Assembly (NCBI GenBank): GCA_013265495.1
Contig: MU057632.1
Span: 852,054-916,053 of the forward strand
Length of the DNA stretch: 64,000 bases
DNA from: Vicugna vicugna
Lineage: Eukaryota
Reading direction: 5' to 3'
Both the position numbers and the translations under genes were made by a program. Shown piece by piece: positions 25,924 through 40,220 of the stretch. The notes under the pieces were generated by a model. That model ran no database searches, was not told where the DNA came from, and saw only the letters and a list, made by a program, of their open reading frames with translations. Positions within the stretch are counted from its first letter, which is position 1; each line of letters opens with the position of its first letter.

Positions 25924-28600
25924 TACAGCAAGGGCCCTTGTGGAGTAAGAGAAGCATTAGGGAAGTAAGGTTGGTTCTAAAGACATAAGAATGAATAAAA
26001 TATTAGGATTTGGGGAATTAATATATTTAATTCAATTTCTACTCAGGACTGAGAGCTTCTTTCCTTTCCTATTCACAATCGCCTGAGTCATAAGGCTGCA
26101 ACTTGTCTCGTATCCAGGTTTACATGGTTTCCCAGGAAGGTGTGTGTTGGATACTAGAAGGAACTCAGTCTACAAACTGTCCAGCCTGAGAAAGAAATTT
26201 AAAATGTAAAAAAATAGACAAAGAATGTGATGCTCTCAAGGGCCTCTGGATCCCAAATCACTCTGAAATTCTGGAACACAGGTATGGGAATTAAGTAGTA
26301 TCAATGAAACTGTGTACCATGTAAATGACCCGGGCCCCTTGAATGTTGCTATTCTCTGCCTCACAGTGTGCTGTGTGGAAGGGATCTTTTGAGGAGAACT
26401 GGTCACACAACTTCCCTTGATCTGTGTTGTCTTCTAAGATGGGCAGCCCGAGTTCTCCCAGCCCATGAGCCAACCATATGTGGAGAGGGAGGCAACACTG
26501 GGTATAGAAAAAAGGGGCATCAGAAGAGCAAATACACCACAATGCCAGACTGTGGCACGATACAGGGGCTGGCGTGGGGTGGGATCATTTCAGAGAGGAT
26601 CTTTTTAAGGAGATCAGGGAAAAAGATGACCAGGTGATCAAAGGGGGAGAGTCAAGAGAAGGTAGGCTGGTCTATGGTCAGTGGTTACTTGGTAAACCTA
26701 GCTCACCCACCACGGGATGTTTCTCCAACATATACGCTCTGACTAACACCACACATTCCCTACAGGAGACCCAGCAAAGCAGGACAATTTGAAATGGAGT
26801 GCTTTCCAAGGTGCTGAGATATTTTAAAGGATGATCAGAAGTGGACCATTTCAGCCTGAAACCTGGCACAAATGCCTGTCTCCTTAAAGAACAGAAAACA
26901 AGTCAAAATAAAAAAGAAACCCAACCGATAAAGCGAAAATGTTGGCTCTCTGAGTGCCATGTCTTAGCACCTGTCTGCTCTTCAGAACTTAAGTCATTGA
27001 TTATAAAAGAACGGAAGGCTTTTGAGCTTGAAGCTCTCACTGACCAAGGACCAAATGTAATGTTAATTTCTTGACTTGGGGTTTGATCACAATTAGGCAA
27101 TATAAATTCAGTCTACAAAATCCACCTTTGCAATGGAATGAGACTGCAGCTTCTTACAAGAGATTTATTGTTTTTTTTTTTCACCCAGGGTTCAAACAAA
27201 AACAAGGTTCCCTATTTGAGCTGTGTGACATTTTTAATATTCATCTTCTTTTCATTGTGGGGAAAGCACTCTGGGGCCTTATGCCTGAGCAAGGCCAGTT
27301 CCAACTACCTGCCTCTTGCAAGGACAAAACCGCCCCTCACGGCCAGCCCTTTGCTGTTTAAAGCCCGTAGACATCCCGCATCCTCATTCGACCAGAGCCA
27401 CTGCTCATATAACACTCCTCGTTTCCTCATCTCATTTCTGGCACTTGGAGATTTCTCTTTCATGCAAACTCAGTTATGCCCTTTTATTTTCTAACTAATT
27501 TTTTGATATATGCCAATAAATCTGGAAATACACATACGATTTTACTTTTTTATGATATTTTATTTTAAGGCATTTTAAATAAATGTTATCTTTATCTACC
27601 ACTGGTAAGTTTTCAGCAGTGGATCTTGGTTCTGTTTGTTTTTAATTTCTGCAGCTTAGACAGCCACGTAACCATAACCTGTAAATAGTTTCAAATGGTG
27701 CACTCATTAGCTTTTTCACTTTAATATGCCGGTGGTTTAAAATCTGATTGATAAGTTCAAATTCCATTAAGGGGGTATATTTATTGTCTGCATAGGACTA
27801 CAGTTCAAGCAATGCTATCTGGTGAGTAATGGTACCCTTTTTACCGTCCTGTGGCCCAAATGCTAGCTTCCTGTAACCATGAACATGAGCCATTTCTCCA
27901 CTAAGAAAACAACTCATTAAAAGGGCTGAGTAGAAATGTTCGACGATATATGACAAGACTTCAAGCAGCAATGGACTAAGGAAAGCACACAGTCAAGGAG
28001 AGATGGCGGTTTACTCACATGATGCACAAGCTATTTAATTCAACACTATATAGAAACTTACAGTTTTACTTCATTATTCCTCAACTCCACTCCACTTTCT
28101 ATTTATTTTTTATCCATTTGTTGTTTTTCTTCTGTTTCAGTCAGAAGTACTTTTAAAATCCTTCTGGGACTTAAACAAAACAAAATGCATTTGAACCAGG
28201 GATGTCCCAGGATAGGAGATGCCCTAAGTTCTACCTCCAGTGAATTTCCTACCAAATCACAAAAAAGGCCACTATTTTCTTTGGTTTATGCTATGACTAA
28301 TGGACCACAGTATTTCTGGTTTGTTTATTCCTCCCTCAATTAATTTAAAAAATGTCTTCTTAAAAAATGATGTATGTGTTTCAAGTCAAGATAAAATACA
28401 TCTGCAATCCTTTCTCTGCTCTAAACATAGTAAAAAATTTATTCCAAAAAAGAAAACGTGTGCCCTAAGGCATGAAGGAGACATACACAGCATTGGAATC
28501 TACAGGAAGCACAGTGGGGACAGTGGTTGAAGCTGCCCTGTCCACCAAAAGCCAGTCCAGATATGGGTAGAGACACCTGGGACTGCAGGGCTTGACCTGG

Positions 28601-29121
28601 GGTGATAGGGGAGAACACGTCTGACTCCATATTAGATCTGCTCCTCTGTCTCCAACCCTGTGCTCTGTTTCTTGGGCTCAGTCATGCTGGTTCTGCACCT
28701 ATTGTAAAAGAATGCTGCCTAGAGCCTGAAATAGACAGGACTGCCCGTTCTCCAAGCCCTGACCTTTAAGGGTATAATACTTTTCCATTTATCTAGAAAT
28801 AGAAAGTTGCAGAAGAGAGAATAACACATTGTCTTGCTGGAGGTTTACAGGGAAACTGTGACCTGACCCACGTGGACAGCTGCAAGAACAAAGGGTTCCA
28901 ACACCAAGAAGTTTACAACAACAAACCACACCCACTCCCCTTTTTAGTATAAAAGGAGCCTGAATTCTAACTCGGGGAAGATGGTTCTCTGAGATATTAG
29001 TCTGCCATCTTCTCAGTCTGCCAGCTTTCTGAATAAAGTCGTTATTCCTTGCCCCAACATCTTGTCTCCCAATTTACTGACCTGTCCTGTGGTGAGTAAA
29101 ATGAGTTTGGACTCGGTAACA
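28601..29121 (+). mobile_element. Solo ERV LTR (copy 2)
   Basis: Colinear with copies 1 and 3; TATAAAA, AATAAA, ends GTAACA; flanks CTGG/CTGT. Confidence 0.87.
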
Positions 29122-30293
29122 CTGTCAGGAGGGCTAATTCTGCCCGTGCCTGAAGGTCTCCGAGCCCACGGGGTGAAAATAACTCTTGTCACCCTGCCAA
29201 GGTCCCCACTGAAAATGTGCTGCACCTCTGTGCCTTAGGGACAGAGCAGAAAACTGTGGAAGAGAAAGAGTGTGCTGTACAACCAGCCAGGGGCTCACAC
29301 AGAAATGATAACAGACTAATGGCATTTTAGTTTGTCACTAAACTCCTAGATTTTCACTGGAAGAATTCACAAAAGACATGCTCCAACAAGAAGAAAAATA
29401 CAGGCGGGAAAGAAAAAGGAGATCAAAAGGTAATGATGAACACAGAATCAGTAAAACATGTTAAAAACGTTGGTAAGTCTAAGTATTGACTATGAAAAAC
29501 AATATTAACATCTATTTACATGAATGTCAAAAAACAATCTGGCCCGTAGACAATTAAAAAATGGTAAATTTTAGAGGAAGGTTAACGCAGGCTAAAGTCA
29601 TCTGTCATAGAGATAATGATTTCATTTTAGATTGTACTAAACATTGTAAAACATTACAGTCTTTCAATGCAAGATTTATAAGATATAAGTCTTTCATTGA
29701 AAAGTGAAGGTCTGCATTAAAGAACACAAGAGGAATGTATAATGCCCTAAGCTCTAAAACAAATGAAAAAGCTCATAAAACCACCTGATCAATCTAACAA
29801 GAGGCAAGAAGAGAAAAAACAAAGCAAAGCAATGAACGGTAAACAGAAAATCCAAATTAAGCTAATACGAAAGAAAATGTTTGTTGCAGGAGTTTAAAAA
29901 TACAAAGACGCAAGAAGAAATAAAGAATGCATAGTATTTTACCATCCAGATATAAGTATACTCAACATCTGATGTACATCTTTTCAGTCCTTTCTCTACA
30001 CATATTATTCCAACATACCATTTATTCCAAAACATACTATACATACAACTAGCAATGCCTTTCTCTCAACCATCGTAAACATATTTTATGTCATAAATAT
30101 AATGTTACAAATATAAGAATATATAACATAATTTTTATTACCACATGGTATTCATTTAACCAGTGCCTCTTAACCTGAAAACTGAGCTGGCTTCCAATTT
30201 GTATATTATAAACACTGTTATAATAAGAAATATTTACCCGTATCCATCATAAAGTGTTTATTCTGCCGAGATACTCTTTAAGATGCAATCATG

Positions 30294-30530
30294 GTATTGC
30301 TGTTGTTTTTTTTTTAATTAAAGTATACAGCTGATTCTCAATGTTGTTAGTTTCTGGTGTACAGCATAGTGATTCAGTTATACATTTACATACACATACA
30401 TATTTTCTTTTCATATTCTTTTTCATTATAGTTTATTACAAAGTAGTGAATATAGTTCCCTGTGCTACACAGTAGCACCTTGTTGTTTGTCTGTTTTGTA
30501 TGTAGACGGTTGGGATTTGCAGACACCGAC
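30294..30530 (-). mobile_element. L1 3' end with a short 5' inversion
   Basis: TSD TGCAATCATG at 30284-30293 and 30531-30540; plus-oriented TTGGGATTTGCAGACAC at about 30510-30526. Confidence 0.82.
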
Positions 30531-30569
30531 TGCAATCATGTTTTATATACTACACATCCCCAGATTCCA

Positions 30570-30672
30570 CCAACTGCAGGTCAGGTAGCACTACAGGATG
30601 CATTCAGTGAACAAAATCCGCATATAAGCGGATCATGCATTTCAAACCTACGTAGTTAAAGGGTCAATTCTA
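30570..30672 (+). mobile_element. Tigger1-like DNA transposon terminal fragment
   Basis: AAAATCCGCATATAAGCGGATC...TTCAAACC...AAGGGTCAA resembles the Tigger1 end. Confidence 0.55.
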
Positions 30673-31204
30673 CCTGGGTCAGAGTTCCAAAGTACACCTG
30701 GACACATACAGCCCTTGATTCCGTCCCCTAAACATCACTTGAGTCCTTCTGGATGCTTTTTCCAGTCCAGTATGTCCCCATATAGATGAGCAACTTTTTA
30801 AATGGGAAGCTCACAGTAGGATACAGAATAAAACTTTCCAGGGGAGAACCAGCATGTCATAATTTATGAAGGGTCAGGCCTGAGATTTGGGAAAGTCTTT
30901 GAGGACAATGAAGCTCTGTGGTCATAACCTTGACTCTGTATTGGAATTACCAGAGAGATCCTAAAAACCATGAGAATGCCCCAACCTGGAACAATTAAAT
31001 CATGACCTGTGGGCCTGAACATTGGTACCTCTAGTAGGAAGCGCCTCAAGTGGCTGCCAGGTGCACTGAGCTAATCCTGTGGTTTCCAATTCAGCTCTAC
31101 GCATTAAAATCAATCAGGGCATGGCTCCACGTTAGAGAAATCAGAATCCCTTTGGCGCTGTCCTAACACTTATTTTTTGAAAGCTTCCCAGAGGATTCTA
31201 AAGT

Positions 31205-31405
31205 ATATCCAAACTATATATAAAAATAGACTTAAAAAATTTCTTCTGTATAGCACAGGGAACTATATTCAATATCTTGTAATAACCTTTCATGAAAAAG
31301 AATATGGAAATGAATATATATACATAGATATACATGACTGGGACATTGTGCTGCACATCAGAAATTGACACACTGCAACTGACTACACTTCAGTTAGAAA
31401 AAATA
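31205..31405 (+). mobile_element. L1 3' end fragment
   Basis: CTATATATAAAAATAGA...CTGTATAGCACAGGGAACTATATTCAATATCTTG. Confidence 0.82.
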
Positions 31406-32102
31406 AAGTACATTCAAGGATGAAGATCACTGACATCATCTATCCCTCTCATTTGGTTGCTCGAGGTAGCTCGGTTCTTAAAAGAACTGAGATGAGAAGA
31501 GTTCCCTTGATCAATGGCCTCTGGGCTCTTTTCCTTTCACAAGTCTGGAAGCTTGCTGTCCCCAGGATGGTGTGTCTCCCCCACATCTCATGCCAGTCTT
31601 TCTGACTAGAAGGCCATATTGTATCTTCCTGCCCAGATGCCACCCCAGCTCCAAAGCAAAACCATGACATTCCAGCTTTCCTCTAAGTTCTTGTAACATG
31701 TCATATTTCCTATTTGGTGTCATAGAAATAAAAATATCTATTGGGCACTTGCTGTGTTATCAGGTGCACAGAGCCAAGCCACACTATCTCATTTAATCTT
31801 TACAACTATTCCACAGGGTCCTTACAATGAATTACTCCAAGTTTCTAAAATAATGAACTTGAGGCTCACCAAGGTTAAGGAGCATGCCAAGGTGTTTAAC
31901 CCCTGGCAGTGTCTAAAGCTGTCTATGTCTTCAGGACCTTGGAGAGCAGTCCTCTTCTCATAAAGTCACCACTCAGTAAGAGTCTTGATGATCTTATATT
32001 TTTCATGGTTGAAAAACAATGGAGACGAATGGCAAACATGAACATTTATCATGTAGGTACAGACACATGCAGAGGTCTTAGTCTCTTTCCTCCTGTGAAT
32101 AC

Positions 32103-32500
32103 TATTATCATGGACTGGATTGTATTCCTGCCACAACTTCTATGTCAAAGACCTCACCTGAAGTGGCTCAGAGTGCAACCATATTTGGAGATAGGACCTT
32201 CAGAGAGAGAATTAATTTTAAATGATTTCATTAGGATGGTCCCAAATCCAACATGACTGATATTTCTATAAGAAGAGGAAATGTGGACACACCTAAAGGT
32301 AAGACAATATAAAGACTCAGAGAGAAGACAGTGACACCCAAGCTAGGGAGAGAGGCCTGGAACAGACCCTTTCATGGCCCTCAGGAGGAACCAACTTGGA
32401 GGGTGGGGTTCCAGCCTCTAGAACTGTAAGGAAACACCTTTCTGTTGTTTAGAGCACCCAGTCTATGGTACCCTGTCATGGCAGCCCAGAAAACGGGTAC
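32103..32500 (+). mobile_element. MaLR LTR (MLT1-like)
   Basis: TATTTGGAGATAGGACCTT...CTATAAGAAGAGGAAAT...CCAGCCTCTAGAACTGT...GGCAGCCC motifs. Confidence 0.75.
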
Positions 32501-33697
32501 AGATATTATCTTGTACACATCAGCCTCAGAAGAATTTACTGAAATTAAAATTAGATCTGCCCCTTCAGATGGAACAGTGCTTTTTAAAAAATGCAGAAGT
32601 TCAGCTCAGACCGTAGAACAAGACACTCAAAGAGGATGGCTCCAGGCAATAACTATGAAACACGCAGAAGAGTGGTAAGAGTCAGATGCCCTGGAACATG
32701 TGAAGAAGGATGATGCAGAAGGTAACATCTTGATTTCCAATGTGGCAGTGGGCAACAGGGAGTCAGTATCAAAGGAACCAGCTTCTAATTCCTGGATGGG
32801 AACTGGTAAAGACAAAGCAAAGTTTGAGTTCTAAAGGGACTCGGGCAACAGAATTAGACTCAGTCACAAGGATCCAGGGACGTGGGTCTGATAACCAGAG
32901 TAGGCACAGAATTGCGATCTGCAGTCAGGAAGACACGAGAAGCCAGGGGATTATTAAGCTGATCTCAACAACCAGGTCTCCTTCTCTGTTCAACAGTGTG
33001 TGAAAGGGCAGATTTTTTTAGTTTCCTTCTGAAGTCTCTCCCAGATCTAAGATTTTGCTACTCTGTGAAGTTGAACCAAAAGTAAGGACAACCTTCTCAT
33101 TGACTGAAGAAAATGGGTCAAAAACACTGCAGTGTGATTCTGCATTTTAAAAGGATACTGAAGCATGACTTACTGAGATCAAATAGGTGGCCCTGAAATC
33201 ATCAATATCACATCTTTCTCTAAACGCACTTTGTAGCACAAATGTTTCCCCTTAGAATGTCCTTTAATTACACATCTTTTAAAACAGTCTGCTTTTCAAA
33301 AGGTAAGCATACAGGTAAAATCTGTATGAGTCATTTTAACGTAGCCCAGATTTTAATGTAGTTTCTCTTCATTCCAGAATAAAAATCCTTTCCGATGTAA
33401 CTCAGTGGCTAGTATTTCTAGCTATGGATTAATTTGGGAGAAATATTATTGGATATCATCATGTTAGATTTACAGACTTAATTTCTTTTCTTTTTATGGA
33501 ACTTCTTTTTAGTCACAACTCCTGTTTTAGAATCTAGGAGGTTTTTTTTCAGTCATTTATATATTCATTAGGCAGAAATTGCAACTCTGAAAAATCCAGC
33601 TTCTCACCATTGATGACTCCCAAAGTTTTAGTACCTCGCATTCTTAGAAATTAGAGATTTTGTTAGCTCAGACCCTCCTCCCCTCTCCCTGCCACAA

Positions 33698-33722
33698 ACA
33701 CACACACACACACACACACACA
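33698..33722. repeat. (CA)n microsatellite
   Basis: Directly visible. Confidence 0.95.
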
Positions 33723-33839
33723 ATTATTTATGTCTTCTTAATCTCTTCCTAAGATTTAACCTGCACAGATGATTAAAAGAGCTAATATCCATTTCACATT
33801 CATTGTAAGAAGAAATTAGTTCTCTGGCTCCCTTGAAGG

Positions 33840-34357
33840 TGTCGACTGAAATAACATGCATAACCTAAAGGTTGAGAGTTAGGTATTATTGGGCAGATTT
33901 TCTTAGGACCTGAGCCCGGGACACAGCATCTCAGATAGTTCTAACAGGCTGTTCCAAAGTGACAAAGTAGAAGCCAGGATATGAGTTTTTGCAAGGAAGA
34001 TCAGGCAGTCAGAACATCAAAAGATTAACGTTAATTAAAGAAAACTAGACATCTCAAGTTAAGGAATTTAGCACTCTTTTATGTATGGGAAGGTGCAAAG
34101 GTCTTGGCTTATTGAAATCATTCCTTTGATATGCACCTAGCTAGTATCCTGTTGTTTCTCATTTTGAGTTCCCTCAGGGGGCACCTCTGGGGGTGGCTGC
34201 AGAGGCCAGGCTGCCTGTTTATCTCCATCCTGAGCTCCCTCAGCGCAGTGACAGGGAGGTGGGGGTAGGGTAGGGGTGGGTGGCAGCAGCAGCTGATGAC
34301 TAGATGGCCGCAGCATCCTTTGTTTACCTATATGGCTGGCAATAGTTTTCATTCACA
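33840..34357 (-). mobile_element. Solo ERV LTR (different family)
   Basis: TG...CA termini; perfect 4-bp TSD AAGG at 33836-33839 and 34358-34361; strand inferred from recalled family layout. Confidence 0.82.
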
Positions 34358-34925
34358 AAGGCATTTAACACTCTAAAGCCTGGCTATTTCAGTGGCTTCA
34401 GAGTGAGGACCAGAGAAGGGTGTGGCTGGAGGTTGGTAAGTGGAGACAGACATCTCTTAGAGTTCATCAGCCTCCATGTGACCCAGGACAACGGAAGAAC
34501 TCAAGGTGAGAGGTGGGCTCTTCTGAGAGTGGTAATCTGGGCAGGGACCATGTTCCAATCAATACATTCCCACAGCCTGGTAAGCACCAGGCAGACAGTA
34601 GGAACTCAGTGAAAGATCAATACATAAAAGGTAAGAGAACAGCCAGTGCTGTGATGGCTGCACCTAGATTCAAGGCCGCCTTGAGGTTCTGGTGGATAAA
34701 ATGACAACTATGAAAGGTCTCAGAAGACACCAAAACTGGCTCCTTGCAACTGAACAAAGGAGACGTTAAATAGCAATCATCCTTTTCCTGTTTTAATGGG
34801 TATCAAACGGATGCATGCACATGATGAAAATTAAAATGAGAAAGGGCTGGCAACGTAGCTACAATAATTCATTTCCCCTCACGGCCCTTCTGCCCACACT
34901 ATCCATGCCACTTCCCAACCTTATT

Positions 34926-35299
34926 TTATTTTATGTATTGTTTTAATTGAAGTATAGTTTATGTTGTTTCAATTTCTGGTGTACAGCATGTTTCAGTCAC
35001 ACATATATACACATATATTCCTTTTCATATTCTTTCTCATTAGAGGTTATGACAAGACACTGAATATATAGTTCCCTGTGCTGTACAGTAGAATCTTGTT
35101 GTTTATCTATTTTATATATAGTATTAGTATCTGCAAATCCCACCCCTCTGCCCTCTGGTAACCATGAGTTTGTTTTCTGTCTGTGAGTCTGTTTCTGTTT
35201 TGTAAATAAGTTGACTTGTGTCATTTTTTTAGATTCCACATACAAGTGATAACGTGGTATTTCTCTCTCTCTGTCTTACTTCACTTAGTATGACGATCT
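34926..35299 (-). mobile_element. L1 3' end fragment
   Basis: Same family as other copies; TSD CCAACCTTATTTT on both sides. Confidence 0.85.
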
Positions 35300-35611
35300 C
35301 CAACCTTATTTTTAAACGTTTATTTTCTTAGTTCTACTGGAAAGCACTCTCATTTTTAAATGATTTGCCTCCAAATGTTGACTGCTTTATACGGGAGACT
35401 AGCCATAGCTTTCTAATTTTATTGTATTATCTGCACTAAAAACCAACTAAAGAAGAGACTTTAGCTCACTTTCATATTTATATCCTTTTTGCTTTCAAAA
35501 GTCAGTAGTTTTATTTCTCCTTATAAATTTTGATATTTGAATATTCTTAATCCTCTCTTTCTTGTCCTGAAATTTGACCAGGATCTTTAAACTCTTGAAC
35601 ATTTTTTCCCT

Positions 35612-35750
35612 CTTTTGTTTGTTTGTTTGTTTTAATTGAAGTGTAGTTGATTTACAATGTTAGTTTCAGGTGTACAGCAAAGCGATTCAGTTATTATATG
35701 TACATATACACATAACTGTACAGTTTTTTCGGATTCTTTTCCATTGTACG
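35612..35750 (-). mobile_element. L1 extreme 3' end fragment
   Basis: (TTTG)n tail, TTTAATTGAAGTGTAGTTGATTTACAATG. Confidence 0.78.
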
Positions 35751-36471
35751 TTGAACGTTGTAGATGAGAATGCGCACATGCTTATCTCTAACCCTCTGCT
35801 CTCCTGTCATCTCCCATATCTGTCAGTTTTACCTTTATTTTAACATGGACAGAATATTTATCTTCAATTGTGTAAAATATATGTGTATTTTTTACACAAT
35901 TGTAAAAAATATACACATATACATATATTTGTTCAATGTAAAAGGGGTTTATTATGAAAATTAGAAACCAGTAAATGGCATTTACCGCATTACTATAAGT
36001 AAGTCCTCCAGGATCAAGTAAAAATCAGTAATAGGCAGAGGTTAAATCCCTTTCTGCAGATGGACTGTCAGGCTTCCTGTTCACTCAGAGGAAAGGTTAC
36101 CTAGGTTCAGAGTCAAGCATGGTGTATCAATTAGTAAAATAATGTCACATTCTTGTTTCCTTTGTATTTGGAGCATGATTCTCCCTAACAGTTTTTTTCC
36201 CTCCTCCATTTTTTATTGTTACTCTTTGTTGTTGAAAAAGAGACAGCCTTTCTTTACTGGGCTAACAGCGTCCTGTAACTCATTAGTCACTGGACATTTC
36301 CTGGAATCCATGACATTCTTCCCAATAAAGACATTCTTTTTGGAGCCTCCTGGAAACAATCTCCAGTTTTAATTTGGACAAACTGCTTTCTGCACACAGT
36401 GTCATTCAGGGCTTTCTTTGCACTGGATTCCTGGGTTACCTCTACTATTTCCAGTTTCTCAGTTGTCCCAC

Positions 36472-37216
36472 TTTTTTTTTTTTTACTATTTCTTATTGAA
36501 GTATAGTCAATTTACAATGTTGTGTCAATTTCTGGTGTATAGCATCATGTTTCAGTCATACATACAAATACATATATTCCTTTTCATATTCTTTTTCATT
36601 ACAAGTGACTACAAGATATTGAATATGGTTCCCTGTACAGTAGGACCTTGTTGCTTATCTATTTTATATATAGTAGTGTGTGTCTGCAAATCTTGCACTC
36701 TCAGTTTATCCCTTCCCAGTCCCTTTCCCCTGTGGTAATCATAAGTTTGTTTTCTATGTCTGTGAGTCTGTTTCTGTTTTGTAAATAAGTTTATTTGGCT
36801 TTTCTTTTTTTAGACTACACATATAAGTGATATCACATAGTATTTTTCTCTCTCTTTCTGGCTTACTTCACTTAGAATGATAATCTCCAGGTCCATCCAT
36901 GTTGCTGCAAATGGCATTATTTCATTCTTTTTTATGGCTGAATAGTATTCTATTATATAAATACACCACCTTTTCTTTATCCAGTCATCTGTTGATAGAC
37001 ATTTAGGTTATTTTCATGTCTTGGCTGTTTTAAATAGTGGTGCTGTAAACACAGGTACATGTGTCTTTCCAAATTAGAGCTCCCTCTGGATATATGCCCA
37101 GGAGTGGGATTGCTGGATCATATGGTAACTCTATGTTTAGTTTCCTAAGAAATCTCCATACTGTCCTCCATAGTGGCTGCACCAAACTGCATCCCCACCA
37201 ACAGTGCAGGAGGGTT
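36472..37216 (-). mobile_element. L1 3' UTR plus ORF2 C-terminus
   Basis: Translation [42 protein letters not shown] is the typical L1 ORF2 C-terminal motif. Confidence 0.93.
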
Positions 37217-39617
37217 GTTTTTAAGCCCATCTCTGCTCTGTAACCATCTCTCACTTCCAAGGTCCATGTGTCTACCTGTTTATCTTCATATTGCACAGCT
37301 GTTGTTATTCATTCACATTTAAGACTGAGTAGGTTTTTGCAGTAGATGTCTGTCCAAGGAGGGCTATTTAGCTGGGCTGCTCCTGTGGACACTAACACTG
37401 TCTCTAACATTTCTGAACGCACGGAACTGTGAGCCAGCAGCCTTGAGTTTACAGAGAATAAGGTGTGCAGCTCAGCATTAACCTGGGGAGGGTGGGGGTC
37501 CCAGAACCGGGAGCACCTATCCCGGCACCTCTGATGTTTGCTCAGGCAGATTCATGAACTTCTTGATTTTTCACCTGGGAATTAAATGTTGGGCTGCTCT
37601 TGCTGTATGTAAGGGGGTAAAGAGGAGGAGGGGATGGGAAGGAGGGTGAAGATGAGCAGGTCGCAGTGTTGCATAAACTGGTGCTTCACAGGTTTGCTGA
37701 TATGAAGCTCTGCTTTCATGTCCAGCCCCACAGAACCTGAGGTCTAAGCCTGAAGTCTCTGCAAAGGGGCTTCAAGGCAGCTGGCCTCCTCCTTGCCCTC
37801 CATACCGTCTCACCTACTTGGCAAGCTCCTATGTCCAAAAGTAGGCTCCTTGCCTCTGTCCATCTCCTTAAAAAACTCATCTATTCATAGTTTACTTCCT
37901 TTCTTCCTCACTTACGGAGTCTCGGGGGTAAGAAAAATAAATGCTTACATTTGTACAGCCATTTAAAGAGGAAGCCCTTGTAAGCTGTAACTGTTTAAAA
38001 GTTACATTTTTGTTGGCGTCTATAGCCAAATTCCTATCACACAGAACCTGATCTCATCTTGGAGTGTCCTGTCTGTTTGGTCCCCAACAAGAGTCCTCCG
38101 GATAGCCAAGAAAAATGTCACAAGGGCAGGAACCATGGCTGTCTCTATATCTGTCTGTATCTATGTGTATGTGTATATTCATTTAACCACTGGATCTCTA
38201 GAACCCAGCACACTATGCCTGCAATGTAGCAGATTCTTACAGAGACCTGGTTTAATATCATGCAAATCACACAATATTTATGCAATGTCACATATCAATT
38301 AAAAATGACTCAATGAATGGCAGACACATTCTTTAATTCATCTCTAGAACCCTCTTAAAGTTACCAGAAAAAGCACCAGGACTACCAAAAGGACATAAAG
38401 TGCATTTTTGGCTCTCAAGAAACAGAAAAAAACAAGCAAACAAACAAAAAAAACTTTCAGTCAGAATTAGAAGCCGTACATGAGCAGTAGCTATTGTCCG
38501 TCGGGAGCCCAAAGGGGATGCTCCCAGTACTTTGCTTTAATGGCTAAAGAGTAACATAAATCAGTGCATGAATTAGTTCCAGGTAAACAATTTAGTACCT
38601 GATTGTTGCAAGGGTTCCCAACTCTTGTTCCTGATTCTCCAGTGTTTCTGTTGCCAGGTAATCAAACTTAATAGTCCACATCACCTGCAACCTACACCCT
38701 GGTTCCCTGAAACTGTCTCTGTCTTTGGGAGGAAATTAAACTGTGATTAAGGGTCCTTAGCCTCACTTTTCAACCACTCGCTGTTGCTACGCTTGTAGGT
38801 CTCATTTCTAAGGTGTGACCTCAGAAGCTATTCACAGAGTGCGTGATGTTTTAAAAAAGATCAGAGGCAAAATTAATTTGTGTTGTCTTTTCCTAGTTTA
38901 CTCAAAGTCAGCAAGAGGGAGAGGATCAAAAGGGAAGGAACTCCTGTTATCCAACTTCAGACTCTTCTTCCAACTTGCTCTGTCTGAGGACACCCACTGC
39001 AAGTTCCTTGTGTTAAGTGACTGACTCCCCTGATGGAGGCAGCAATGCTCCCGTTTCTTCTCAGAACCAGAGACATTCCCTTTCTCTTCCAGATCAGCAT
39101 CTTCTTGGTCTCTTTCTTTATTTTCAGGTGTCGTTACTCAATTCCTTAGGGGCACAAATATTCACTAGACTTTGCCCCAGTGGATCATATGGTACATTAT
39201 ATTTAAATGCACCTGCTATCTCACAAGTAAGATTTAGCTCACTGTTTTTCTTCTGTGTAGAGAGATTTATATGGTTCATATTTACAATGTAAGAAACCAG
39301 AGATGCCCAATTTTTCCCAGTTGGCAAAAAGCAACAGGGACAGCATTCCCTTTGAAACATGTGGTAGCTGACAGTTTTTAGAGAAGCCCACTAGTTAGAG
39401 CTCACTGTTAATCCCTGAGTGGGTGTGTGGGTCTGGGGGTGGAGTTACACTGCACACAAAAGATCACAGTGGCTATAACTGCTGTGTTGTCTTTCAGATG
39501 CCATCTGACCTGCCTTTTTTCTGTTGAATGGTGGGACACATAGCAAAATTGTATCAACATATCTGAAAGAAATTTTCCTTTGATGATTTATTAAATTATA
39601 TTTCATTGTGTAATTAC

Positions 39618-40130
39618 TCTTTTTTTCTTTTTTAATTGAAGTATAGTCAATTTACAATGTTGTGTTAATTTCTGATGCACAGCACAGTGATTCAGTTATA
39701 CATATATACACGTATTCCTTCCCATATTCTTTTTCATTATAGGCTATTAAAGGTATTGCATACAGTTCCTTGTGCTATACAGTAGGACCCTGCTGTTTAA
39801 CTATTTTATATACGGCAGTTAGTATCTGCAAATCCCAAACTCCCAGTTTATCCCTCCACTCCCTCATGTTCCCCCCTGGTAACCATAAGTTTGTTTTCTA
39901 TGTATTCGAGTCTGTCTCTGTTTTGTAAATAAGTTCATTTGTGTCCTCTTCCCAGATTCCACATATAAGTGATATCATGACATTCTTCTTTCCCCATCTG
40001 ACTTACTTCACTTAGCATGATGATCTTTAGGTCCATCCGTGTTGCTGCAAATGGCACTATTTTATTCTTTTTTATGGCTGAGTAGTATTCTGTTGTATAT
40101 ATACATCCCAACTTCTTTATCTAATCATTT
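39618..40130 (-). mobile_element. L1 3' end fragment
   Basis: Colinear with 36472-36990. Confidence 0.88.
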
Positions 40131-40220
40131 GTAATTATTCTTTATTGTGTTTATTTCTCTCAACAGAAGGTAAACTCCATAAGGGCATGGAGCATATTTA
40201 TTTACTGATCAATTTATTTA

